The translations under genes and the position numbers were made by a program. The notes beneath the pieces are model-generated. The model saw only the letters and a program-made list of their open reading frames with translations, made no database searches and had not been told where the DNA came from. Shown one piece after another: positions 22,606-30,976 of a stretch of DNA of 32,000 nucleotides (positions are counted from its first letter, which is position 1; each line of letters starts with the position of its first letter). Source of the stretch: Nitrosopumilus maritimus SCM1 (GTDB lineage: Archaea; Thermoproteota; Nitrososphaeria; Nitrososphaerales; Nitrosopumilaceae); contig NC_010085.1 in NCBI RefSeq assembly GCF_000018465.1, positions 1,470,001-1,502,000 on the forward strand. The letters are read 5' to 3'.

Positions 22606-22675
22606 CCGACTATGGCCTGTAAGATGAGTTAATACAAAATAGATTAAAACATAATTGGTACATTCGTCGTATATA

Positions 22676-24547
22676 CTATACTTGTAAGATTCCATTTGTT
22701 ATCAAGAATTGAATTCCTTGTACAAAGGCATCATCATCAATTGCACCTTCTGCCCACCACCCTGCATTGTTTTTAATCCATGCTGGAATTTCATTAGAAC
22801 CAGAATTTTCACCTGAAGATGTAGCAGGTATTAGTAGAACATTTTCTTTGATTAAAAATTGAATTCCTTGTACAAAGGCATCATCATCAATTGCACCTTC
22901 TGCCCACCAACCTGCATTGTTTTTAATCCATGCTGGAACAGCAGGTTTTGTTTCTCCAACAGTTACTGATCCAATCATCCATGGGTGAAGAGTACAATAG
23001 TAGTCAAAAGTTCCATTTTCTTCAAATTTGAAGGAGAATTTTTCCCCTGCAGCCACAACCCCACTATCAAAGATACCAGAAGACCCTTCATCAGGAGTTC
23101 CAGATGTGACTGTATGAGCTGAACTGTCCTTGTTATCCCATAATACGATTTGATTAGGCTCAATAGTCAAACTAGCAGGAAGGTAACAAGAGTTATCTGT
23201 TTCACATCCGGGTAATGATGTTCCAATACCAATATCTACAAAATGATCACCAATCAATTCTTCTTTTGGTTCAGATACTTTGAATGAAAATTCTCCCGAA
23301 GTATCAAAGTTGTTTACATTTGAAATCCTTACAAGTGCCGCACCAACTTGATCAAAGTTTATTTTGACAGAATCAGTTCCGTCATGTGCTTCCAATCCCT
23401 GTTTTGATTCTATTATCCTACCATTAAGAAAAACATCTAGATCATAGACGTTTTGTTGAATAATTACATTAGAAATTGGATCATGGAATTCTATATGCAT
23501 TGTAACATCATTACCAGGATTAATTTTTCCTTTGGGTGTTAGAGATAAATGAAATTTCCAGTCTTCTTCAGAAGACAATTGAATTACTTTATCACCATTC
23601 TCTAATGAAGCATCACTTTTTTGAACATCTCTTAATTTGCCTGATTGAATGCCAAAGATCATTTTATCATTTAATTCAGGAGGATTTTCATCAATCATTT
23701 TCAATAATTTTTTTGATGAAAGTAAAAAGTGAACTACAATTTCCTCATTACCAGAACGATCAATTGTTCCAAAATAAGAAATATCATTTACAGTCAACAT
23801 TATATCATGATTTTCAAAAATATCTACTGTCTTTGGAATATAATATTCAGCATGAACAAAGGGAATTGATTCGATAAAGTCTTCATTCCAATCAAATAGC
23901 ATTTGTGCAGTAAGTTTTTTGTCTCTTTGATCATAGTGAAAGTTATCTATTTTATCAAAATATGTTGCAAACATCAAATCATGTGTTACATCATCAATGT
24001 CAATAGAAAATGGGATAAATTCTCCCATAGTAAACATAATTTGAAATGGTGTTTCAGTTTCAGATACGGGCTCATTTTCAATTGATAATAAGGTCATTTG
24101 AACATCAATTAGTCCCCCTTCCAAAAATAATGGAGCCTCAATAGTCAAAGGAGAATCATTTGAGGCTAGCCAGGCATCATTTTCTGCAGTTTCACCTGAA
24201 AAATTCACGTTAGAGCTAGGTATGATTAATGTTCGAAGTTTTTCATCAGGAGAATATGCATCAAATTCTACAATCAGATTTCCTTGTCCATCAAAGATCT
24301 CAACTTTATGTTCAACACCTAAAACTACTTGTCCAGTATCATCATTAATTGTTGTAATATCAAAAGTAACATGTTCTTCGTTTCCTTCTAAAATTGAAGG
24401 ACTTGTTTCTAATTGTACTTTGAAATAATTTTGGTTGATAAAAATAATATCACTTTCCTCACTACCAGAACCTCCACCATATGCGATTTGTGTTGATCCA
24501 AAAATCAAAAGTAGATAGAGAGCTCCAAGAAATAACTTATGATTCAT
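22676..24547 (-). CDS. Secreted protein, paralogue B: signal peptide, beta-rich modules, type-1 copper (cupredoxin/plastocyanin-like) domain, two C-terminal aromatic modules
   Basis: Signal peptide MNHKLFLGALYLLLIFGSTQIAYG (ATG at 24545-24547; the track start 24556 is TTG). Cupredoxin ligand pattern: SSAHTVTSG ... FDYYCTLHPWMIGSVTV (His, Cys, His, Met). The C-terminal 2x PAWIKNNAGWWAEGAIDDDAFVQGIQFLI is identical to paralogue A. Confidence 0.85.
   Translation of the reverse strand: MNHKLFLGALYLLLIFGSTQIAYGGGSGSEESDIIFINQNYFKVQLETSPSILEGNEEHVTFDITTINDDTGQVVLGVEHKVEIFDGQGNLIVEFDAYSPDEKLRTLIIPSSNVNFSGETAENDAWLASNDSPLTIEAPLFLEGGLIDVQMTLLSIENEPVSETETPFQIMFTMGEFIPFSIDIDDVTHDLMFATYFDKIDNFHYDQRDKKLTAQMLFDWNEDFIESIPFVHAEYYIPKTVDIFENHDIMLTVNDISYFGTIDRSGNEEIVVHFLLSSKKLLKMIDENPPELNDKMIFGIQSGKLRDVQKSDASLENGDKVIQLSSEEDWKFHLSLTPKGKINPGNDVTMHIEFHDPISNVIIQQNVYDLDVFLNGRIIESKQGLEAHDGTDSVKINFDQVGAALVRISNVNNFDTSGEFSFKVSEPKEELIGDHFVDIGIGTSLPGCETDNSCYLPASLTIEPNQIVLWDNKDSSAHTVTSGTPDEGSSGIFDSGVVAAGEKFSFKFEENGTFDYYCTLHPWMIGSVTVGETKPAVPAWIKNNAGWWAEGAIDDDAFVQGIQFLIKENVLLIPATSSGENSGSNEIPAWIKNNAGWWAEGAIDDDAFVQGIQFLITNGILQV
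22707..22941. repeat. 235-bp segment identical to 21008-21242 (copy B); internal 83-bp units at 22707-22788 and 22856-22938
   Basis: Same comparison as for copy A. The flanks diverge immediately outside the block. Confidence 0.85.
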
Positions 24548-24590
24548 GTCAATCAAAATGTTGTAAATTATTTTAAGTTAACAAAAATTC

Positions 24591-26402
24591 TCAGACTTTG
24601 ATTAATCCAGATGCCATCAAGAATTTGATTCCATTTGCAAATTCTACATCAGTAAGATGACCTTCAGACCACCAACCTGCATTATTTCTTACCCACATTG
24701 GAATTGATGTTATGTTTACATCTTCATCAACAATTTCTTCTGCAGCAGATACACTAATGATATTTTCTTGAACTAGATACTCAATACCTTTTGCAAAGTC
24801 TGGATCATTGATTTGTCCATCAGACCACCACATTGCATTCTTCTTTACCCAATCCGGAATTGCAATGTCAGTTGAAACAGAAGTTATTGTAGGTTTTGAC
24901 ATATCAATGTCACTTGAAACCGGAGTTACTGTAGGTCTAGGTGTTTCAACAAATATCTCTGAATCATCTGAAACCATATGAACGCCAGTATCAAGAACTA
25001 ATGCTCTTGCAACTATTTCCATACTATCAGCAGTAGTGTATGGTCGTGGTAATGTAATGTCTTCATATTCAATGTAAATTGTATCACCATTTGTAACTCT
25101 CAATCTATTTTGCTCTTGAGAAGAATCTCCAGTGGTCATAAAGAACTCGCCTGGAAGATAATTGATATAGTGAGGATGTTCATATCCTACAAAGTAATTA
25201 GGAGTACTTCCAACTTCAAAGGAACCATGTCTAGGTACAACTTCTTCTAAAATTGCTTCAGGTGCAACTTGGAATGAGAAATTTACTTCTTGACCAGGTT
25301 GATCAAAGATGTTAGAAACTACAATTTTAGCAGAGCCTCTCTCATCAAAGCGAATTGGTTCTACACCTTGTCCGTCTACCCAATATTGATCATTTCTTGA
25401 TTCAATTAATTCACCGTTAAGATAGATATCCATATCATAAGACAATCCCATCTCGTGGATGTCAGTTAAGCCATCATGAACCATTAAGTTAAAGTCATAA
25501 TCTTGATCAACACCAATTACACCACCTGGTTCAGTCCAGAGATATGTTTTCCATTCTCCATCAGGAGTGTATTTTGTTAATGAGCTTGCAGCTGGTTCAC
25601 TCAAGTGACGATCATATACTGCATTCTGAATTTTTGCATGATCCATATCTTTTACAAATTGAACACCAACAAATATTCCTGCTTTATCTGAATCTGAATA
25701 TACTTTAACATAATTTGTGAAAAATTCTCGGTGGTGCTTCCACAAGTCGGTATCACGTATGAAAAATGTGACTTTTTCATTTACATCATAGGTATCTTTG
25801 TGGAATTCAGCTTGTCCCATTTGCCAAGTATAATATGCAGTTTTGTAAACATGTTGATCTTCATTATATTCCCAGTCAACTGTTAATCTACCATCTTGTG
25901 TAGATGTTGCAATCATTACAGCCCTATCATGTGCTGAAATATTCATTCCATCTGGATCCATAGTCATTCCAGGTGTTTTAACAGTAGTAAGAAATGTATC
26001 ATGAACAGTATAACGCATTGCACCTGTCAATTTTACAACTCCCATGAATATGCCAGTATCAGGGCCAGTTTCTGTAAACTCAACGCCATTTACACGGTTG
26101 GCATCAGTGTAGACATCAATTGGATTTGATGTGGTACCAATTTGTTCAATTTTATCATCATCCTCGTTCCATCCTGGAGCATAAATCAAGACGTTTACTC
26201 TATCAGTCCAGCCAATTCCTTCATATCTTTCATTACAATCTTGTAGTTTGAAAGTTTCATTTGCACAGAATTTCATTATAATTCCTGCTGATTTTTGTAC
26301 ATTTGTAAAACCAGTATCAGCTAAGACTGGGGATATTGTAATTGTAGATGTTAAAATTACCATAAATGCGAAAATTGCAATTGTTCCCATACTTTTTGCC
26401 AT
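24591..26402 (-). CDS. Secreted protein, paralogue C: signal peptide, large beta-rich region, two diverged C-terminal aromatic modules
   Basis: Likely start MAKSMGTIAIFAFMVILTSTITISPVLA|D (ATG 26400-26402; the track start 26462 adds 20 aa before the signal peptide). C-terminal modules are IPDWVKKNAMWWSDGQINDPDFAKGIEYLV and IPMWVRNNAGWWSEGHLTDVEFANGIKFLM. The segment YDMDIYLNGELIES...AKIVVSNI...FSFQV is related to segments in paralogues A and B. Confidence 0.8.
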   Translation of the reverse strand: MAKSMGTIAIFAFMVILTSTITISPVLADTGFTNVQKSAGIIMKFCANETFKLQDCNERYEGIGWTDRVNVLIYAPGWNEDDDKIEQIGTTSNPIDVYTDANRVNGVEFTETGPDTGIFMGVVKLTGAMRYTVHDTFLTTVKTPGMTMDPDGMNISAHDRAVMIATSTQDGRLTVDWEYNEDQHVYKTAYYTWQMGQAEFHKDTYDVNEKVTFFIRDTDLWKHHREFFTNYVKVYSDSDKAGIFVGVQFVKDMDHAKIQNAVYDRHLSEPAASSLTKYTPDGEWKTYLWTEPGGVIGVDQDYDFNLMVHDGLTDIHEMGLSYDMDIYLNGELIESRNDQYWVDGQGVEPIRFDERGSAKIVVSNIFDQPGQEVNFSFQVAPEAILEEVVPRHGSFEVGSTPNYFVGYEHPHYINYLPGEFFMTTGDSSQEQNRLRVTNGDTIYIEYEDITLPRPYTTADSMEIVARALVLDTGVHMVSDDSEIFVETPRPTVTPVSSDIDMSKPTITSVSTDIAIPDWVKKNAMWWSDGQINDPDFAKGIEYLVQENIISVSAAEEIVDEDVNITSIPMWVRNNAGWWSEGHLTDVEFANGIKFLMASGLIKV

Positions 26403-26470
26403 ATGAAATCTAAAACATTGTTTTGAATATAATGGGAATGGTTCATTCGATAAATGTACCATTAGATCTA

Positions 26471-27802
26471 TTATTTGACCTCAACGTGACAGGAATGGAA
26501 ATGTTCACTCCATTTTGAATGACCTACAAATCTTTTTGACTCAAATTCTTGCAGGTCAGTAAATGTAGTACTAGTTTTACCAACTGTGTTTCCCTTGGCA
26601 TCCAAAAAAGATATTGAGAGTTCGACTTGAGGTCGCTTTAGATGATCATTATGATATTGACCAGAAATTGTTACTAGTCCAAAATCATCACGTATACATG
26701 AAAAATTTTCTACACCTTGAATTGCAGATTTTTCTGGTTCAATAGATTTCGGTACAGTTTGAATTGGATTAGAAGAGTCTTGGGAAATATTTTCTTGAAT
26801 ATCTTTTTGTAAAATATGATGTAATTGAGAACTCATGTGATCATTATTGAAATACGCAATTTTTTTTAGAATTTCACTCATAAATCTAGTTGTAGGCTCG
26901 GTTTCATCTAAGATTAGATCAGAGACATCATAATTGTAGTGTTCATTATGTTGATCAAATATGATAACATGTATTATGAAATTTTCATAAATGCATGATG
27001 TTAATCCACCCTTTGAAGTATAGTTAAACAAACATTCAGAATTTTCATTTGGGTTTCCACTAAGATATGCAGATTCGAATACTTTGTCTTTATTTTCAAA
27101 AGAATTCCAATAGTCATCTAAATCATTTTTGTTGTTAAATTCAATTATTTGCATTGTTAATGTAGGTACTTTGAATTTGTAAAAAATTGGTTCGTATACT
27201 CTAGTAATGTCATTGAAAATAATTTTGACAGAATCTACAACACCTTCTTTTTCTTCAAATTCATATTCAGTTGAAAATGTTCTCCACTTTGTCTCTTTTG
27301 TAATATTCAAAATTTCTTTATCATTTAACAAATATTTTTCAAGACTTGATTGGAATGTTTCATCATTTGAAAAGATACTTTGCTCGGGGTTGTATTCTAG
27401 ATACCCAACTTCTCTCAAGTAATGAATTGTTCTAAGAAATTGTAAATCACTTATTTTTCCATCAATCCACCATTCTGCTCTATCTTTAACCCAATATGGA
27501 ATTAATTCTAAAGTCTTTTCTTCGTATAATTCGGGAATATCTTGAATTACAGTTTTTGCAGTATTGATTAGAATTTCTTGTGATTTTATTTCATCAGGTA
27601 TGATATTTTTATCAAGAATGTTTTGAATTAGTGCTAAAAATTCAGAATCAGACATTTGCCCATCTATCCAGATAGAAGTAGTCTGTCTTACCCAATCAGG
27701 GAATATGCTAGGCTCAGAATCATCTCCAAAAACAGGATTTTGGAGTGAAATTACAAGTAAGAGGACAGTGATTGCAAATAATGAACTGATTTTTAGATTC
27801 AT
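26471..27802 (-). CDS. Secreted protein, paralogue D: signal peptide followed by two N-terminal aromatic modules, then an unrelated C-terminal region
   Basis: ATG at 27800-27802 (MNLKISSLFAITVLLLVISLQNPVFG) shares one nt with the upstream TGA (27802-27804). Modules: FPDWVRQTTSIWIDGQMSDSEFLALIQNIL and IPYWVKDRAEWWIDGKISDLQFLRTIHYL. Confidence 0.8.
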   Translation of the reverse strand: MNLKISSLFAITVLLLVISLQNPVFGDDSEPSIFPDWVRQTTSIWIDGQMSDSEFLALIQNILDKNIIPDEIKSQEILINTAKTVIQDIPELYEEKTLELIPYWVKDRAEWWIDGKISDLQFLRTIHYLREVGYLEYNPEQSIFSNDETFQSSLEKYLLNDKEILNITKETKWRTFSTEYEFEEKEGVVDSVKIIFNDITRVYEPIFYKFKVPTLTMQIIEFNNKNDLDDYWNSFENKDKVFESAYLSGNPNENSECLFNYTSKGGLTSCIYENFIIHVIIFDQHNEHYNYDVSDLILDETEPTTRFMSEILKKIAYFNNDHMSSQLHHILQKDIQENISQDSSNPIQTVPKSIEPEKSAIQGVENFSCIRDDFGLVTISGQYHNDHLKRPQVELSISFLDAKGNTVGKTSTTFTDLQEFESKRFVGHSKWSEHFHSCHVEVK

Positions 27803-29169
27803 CAAGTAGAAACCTCCTTTGAGAATTGTGATAGTGCATCTCCAAAGTCAGCATCACTGGAATCATACTTTGCATACTCTACACTTCCACAAAGTAACAG
27901 CCAACCTCTTACCTTGCCAAATGCATCTGATTTTGATTCATCAAGCACACTTAGTAACTCTTGGTTTGTCATTTCTTTGTAAATTTCCATATTTTGTGAA
28001 TAATAGTATCGAATTGCCTGACTGAGTGTTTCAAATGCTTCTTTTCTTTGATTATTATCAAACAAATTCTGAGATTTGTTTATCATTTGTTGAGTTAATT
28101 CTCTAAAGTCAGTTTGAGGCTTTGACACTTGCAATAGTGGTTCTTCATACTTTCTTTCTGATAATTTCTTGCGCAATAGATATCCAAATACTGCTAATGC
28201 AACAAATACTGGAATAATCAAGAGTAGTGAAATATTTTCAAAGCTTTGTGTAGGTGCAGTTACTTGGAACGGATTACTCTGTAATGAATCACGTATGTGT
28301 CTTGTATTTTCGAACTTTGGTTTTTCAAATTTGAAATTATCAAATATGTTTTCTGGTTCACTTGTAGGTGCAGAAACAGCTATACCAGTATCAGGTAATT
28401 TACCAGGTGGAAGCTGTTCACCAGACAATATACCATCAAATAGTTGCAGAGTCTGTTCAGAGAATGCATCATTCATTCTTTCTTGAATTTGTTCTTTAGT
28501 TAGTAAGAGATAGTTTGGAGAGTATTCCCTTAGATCAAACTCACCCTCACCACTAAACGTAGCATCTTCCATCATTTGTCTACCAAGTGTGAATTCTTTA
28601 GGAGTAAAGATGTCGTTTGGAATTGCTGCTAAATTATCCATACTGTATCCACGTTCAAGCACAAAAAGCTCCAAGTTTGAGTTTGGATTATAATCAAATG
28701 CCTGACCTTTTATCAAATATCTACTATCTCCAATAGGATCAAGCAAAGCTTCTGCAATTTCGACATAGCCATCAGAAAATCGGTCATAATATTTTATTTT
28801 ATGTTTAAAACTTTCTTGTCTAAGATCTCGTTGTTCAATTAGCATTCCATTTAGAATTTGACCTTCTTCTGAATCAATTGTAATTTTATAATCTCCAATA
28901 GAGTAGTTGTTACCTGTAATGAATTTATCATAAATTGGTTTTACAGATTCTGTATTTTCTACTACCAATTCTTCATAGCTGGAAACTATTTCAGCTTCTT
29001 GCGTTGTAACATGTTCTTTTTCAAGTTGCCCTTCAATTAACCAATCCATTTGAATTTCGGTAGATTCTGCAAATGCAGGATTCACAGCTATGAGAGGTAA
29101 TAACAAAAAGATTCCAATAATTTTTTTGCTAAAAAGTAAAGAGTTATGCGACAATTCTATACCTGCCAT
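27802..29169 (-). CDS. Type I membrane protein: signal peptide, ~290-aa extracytoplasmic domain, one TM helix, ~120-aa cytoplasmic helical tail (DUF4129-like by eye)
   Basis: Signal peptide IIGIFLLLPLIAVNPAFA|E. TM helix ISLLLIIPVFVALAVFGYLL followed by RKK. The tail AIRYYYSQ...MTNQELLSVL...CGSVEYAKYDSS resembles the DUF4129 pattern seen next to MoxR/DUF58 genes. It overlaps the vWA gene by 26 nt. Confidence 0.75.
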   Translation of the reverse strand: MAGIELSHNSLLFSKKIIGIFLLLPLIAVNPAFAESTEIQMDWLIEGQLEKEHVTTQEAEIVSSYEELVVENTESVKPIYDKFITGNNYSIGDYKITIDSEEGQILNGMLIEQRDLRQESFKHKIKYYDRFSDGYVEIAEALLDPIGDSRYLIKGQAFDYNPNSNLELFVLERGYSMDNLAAIPNDIFTPKEFTLGRQMMEDATFSGEGEFDLREYSPNYLLLTKEQIQERMNDAFSEQTLQLFDGILSGEQLPPGKLPDTGIAVSAPTSEPENIFDNFKFEKPKFENTRHIRDSLQSNPFQVTAPTQSFENISLLLIIPVFVALAVFGYLLRKKLSERKYEEPLLQVSKPQTDFRELTQQMINKSQNLFDNNQRKEAFETLSQAIRYYYSQNMEIYKEMTNQELLSVLDESKSDAFGKVRGWLLLCGSVEYAKYDSSDADFGDALSQFSKEVST

Positions 29170-30094
29170 AAATTATGTAAGCATCAATTAGCAATAATCC
29201 AATTGCAGCAGCTATAAACCAATCTCTTATTGTAGAATATTCAATTTCATAAGCAAGATTAGAGCTAAGATTAACAAAAATTTCATTTAATGTTTGCTCA
29301 TCAAGTGATTTGTAGTAATTTCCAGAGGTTTGTTGTGCAATAATTACAAGTGTTTCTTCATCTAATTCTGCATATTGTGGTTCGCCATAGATATCATCTC
29401 TTAGAAAAACAGGTTCAATTGAACCTAATCCAATTGTATGAATTTGGACATTGTTGATTTTTGCATACTCTGTTGCTTCTTCTGGTGTTACTAATCCGGA
29501 ATTATGTACTCCGTCACTCAGTAAGATCACTACACCTTTCTTGTCAGGAATTGATGAAGCCATATCTACTCCAAGTGCAAGTCCATCTCCAATGGCAGTA
29601 GCACCCAATCCTTGTTCTATTGATGAAATTGCATTAACTGATTTTTCTTTATCAGGTGTAAGGTAAGAAACAGTTGTTGCACCTGACTCAAAGAGAACAA
29701 CTCCCACATTATGCTGAGGTCCCATTTTTAGAATCAGATTATTTATGGCGTTTTTTGCAGCATCCAGACGTGTTGGCTCATAATCTGTGGCTGCCATACT
29801 TTCAGAACCATCTAAAACTATGCTCAAATTGATGCCATTTTCAACTGATAGTGTTGGGATTTGAGGATTTGCAAGTCCAATAATTGCCAATCCGAGAATC
29901 CCCATCATCAAGACAAATGGCAAATGTTTTCGCAGAAAGTTTTTGCCCATTACAGATTTTTTTACAATTTTTAGTGAGCTAAATTTCATGATAGAATCTT
30001 TTTTCTCAGAATTGTATTTTGAATAAAGAACATACAATCCAGGAATTATCAAAAGCAAAAATAATGCATAAAGATATTCAAAATGAATTTCCAT
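29144..30094 (-). CDS. Membrane-anchored von Willebrand factor A domain protein (BatA-like)
   Basis: Two N-terminal TM helices and one C-terminal TM helix. vWA MIDAS motif VLDGSESM (D-x-S-x-S), then LLSDGVHN. The gene directly abuts DUF58 (stop at 30095-30097, ATG at 30092-30094). Confidence 0.85.
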   Translation of the reverse strand: MEIHFEYLYALFLLLIIPGLYVLYSKYNSEKKDSIMKFSSLKIVKKSVMGKNFLRKHLPFVLMMGILGLAIIGLANPQIPTLSVENGINLSIVLDGSESMAATDYEPTRLDAAKNAINNLILKMGPQHNVGVVLFESGATTVSYLTPDKEKSVNAISSIEQGLGATAIGDGLALGVDMASSIPDKKGVVILLSDGVHNSGLVTPEEATEYAKINNVQIHTIGLGSIEPVFLRDDIYGEPQYAELDEETLVIIAQQTSGNYYKSLDEQTLNEIFVNLSSNLAYEIEYSTIRDWFIAAAIGLLLIDAYIIYGRYRIVA

Positions 30095-30967
30095 CTATTT
30101 TCTCCTCCGAGTATGAATATAGCGATTAAATGTAACATCAAAGGGTTCCTCATTTGAAAGATTCAAAAAATCAACTCCCAGTTTTTTCATTTCATATTCA
30201 ATTTCTTCTCTAGTCTTCTTAATAAGATTAGAATACTCTTCTTGGAATTTTTTATCAGAAGTGTTTACCAGTATTTGTTCTCCAGATTCTGCATCCTCTA
30301 GATATACATGACCAATTTCAGGAATCTCTGTTTCACGAATATCAGAAATATTTACTAAAACAATTTGATGTTTTAATTTTAGATATTGCAATGGCTTTAC
30401 GAATGAATCTGACATAAAATCTGAAACAACAAAAACAACACTTCGACGTTTTAGATTTTTTTGTAATTCTGATAATGATCTAAAGATATCTGTTTGTGTA
30501 CTTTGAGGAGTGTATTCTAATAATTTTTTTAAAATTTCCATCATGTGTTTTTTGCCTTTTTTTGCAGGAACAAATTTTTCCAATGAATCTGTAAAAAGAC
30601 CCAATCCAACTCTGTCATTGTTCTTTAGTGCAGAAAACATCAGAGAAGCTGTTATCTCAAATCCAAGTTCTTTTTTACTCTTTACAAAACCAAAGTCATT
30701 ACTTGCAGACATGTCCATTACAACATAGACGTTAAGCTCTTTTTCTTCGACAAACTCTTTTACAAAAAGATCATTGTATCTAGCTGAAACATTCCAATCC
30801 ACTCTTCTGGCATCATCACCAGCTGCATACTCTCTAACCTCAGAGAACTCAATTCCTCCACCTCTAAATCTGGACCTGTAGGCACCAGATTCCATGCCTT
30901 CGACTAGATTTTTGGTCTTGATATCCAGGTTTTTTACCTGCTTCAAGAGTTCTGTGAGTTCAGTCAT
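30095..30967 (-). CDS. DUF58 family protein (degenerate vWA-like, MoxR partner)
   Basis: GGGIEFSEVREYAAGDDARRVDWNVSAR and YVVMDMSASN are the DUF58 signature. It sits 9 nt downstream of moxR. Confidence 0.85.
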   Translation of the reverse strand: MTELTELLKQVKNLDIKTKNLVEGMESGAYRSRFRGGGIEFSEVREYAAGDDARRVDWNVSARYNDLFVKEFVEEKELNVYVVMDMSASNDFGFVKSKKELGFEITASLMFSALKNNDRVGLGLFTDSLEKFVPAKKGKKHMMEILKKLLEYTPQSTQTDIFRSLSELQKNLKRRSVVFVVSDFMSDSFVKPLQYLKLKHQIVLVNISDIRETEIPEIGHVYLEDAESGEQILVNTSDKKFQEEYSNLIKKTREEIEYEMKKLGVDFLNLSNEEPFDVTFNRYIHTRRRK

Positions 30968-30976
30968 GGCCTAAAC

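Noticed and set aside
22652-22662. The string attggtaca is shared between 22652-22660 and the palindrome region at 19834-19842.
   Set aside because: Only a 9-mer half-site is shared and there is no second arm at 22652. This is compatible with chance in 64 kb of two-strand sequence.
21007-22938. Regularly spaced 83-bp repeats that could suggest a CRISPR array or a satellite.
   Set aside because: There are only two units per locus, with a 150-bp period. They lie in frame inside long ORFs and encode a conserved protein module. No cas genes are present.
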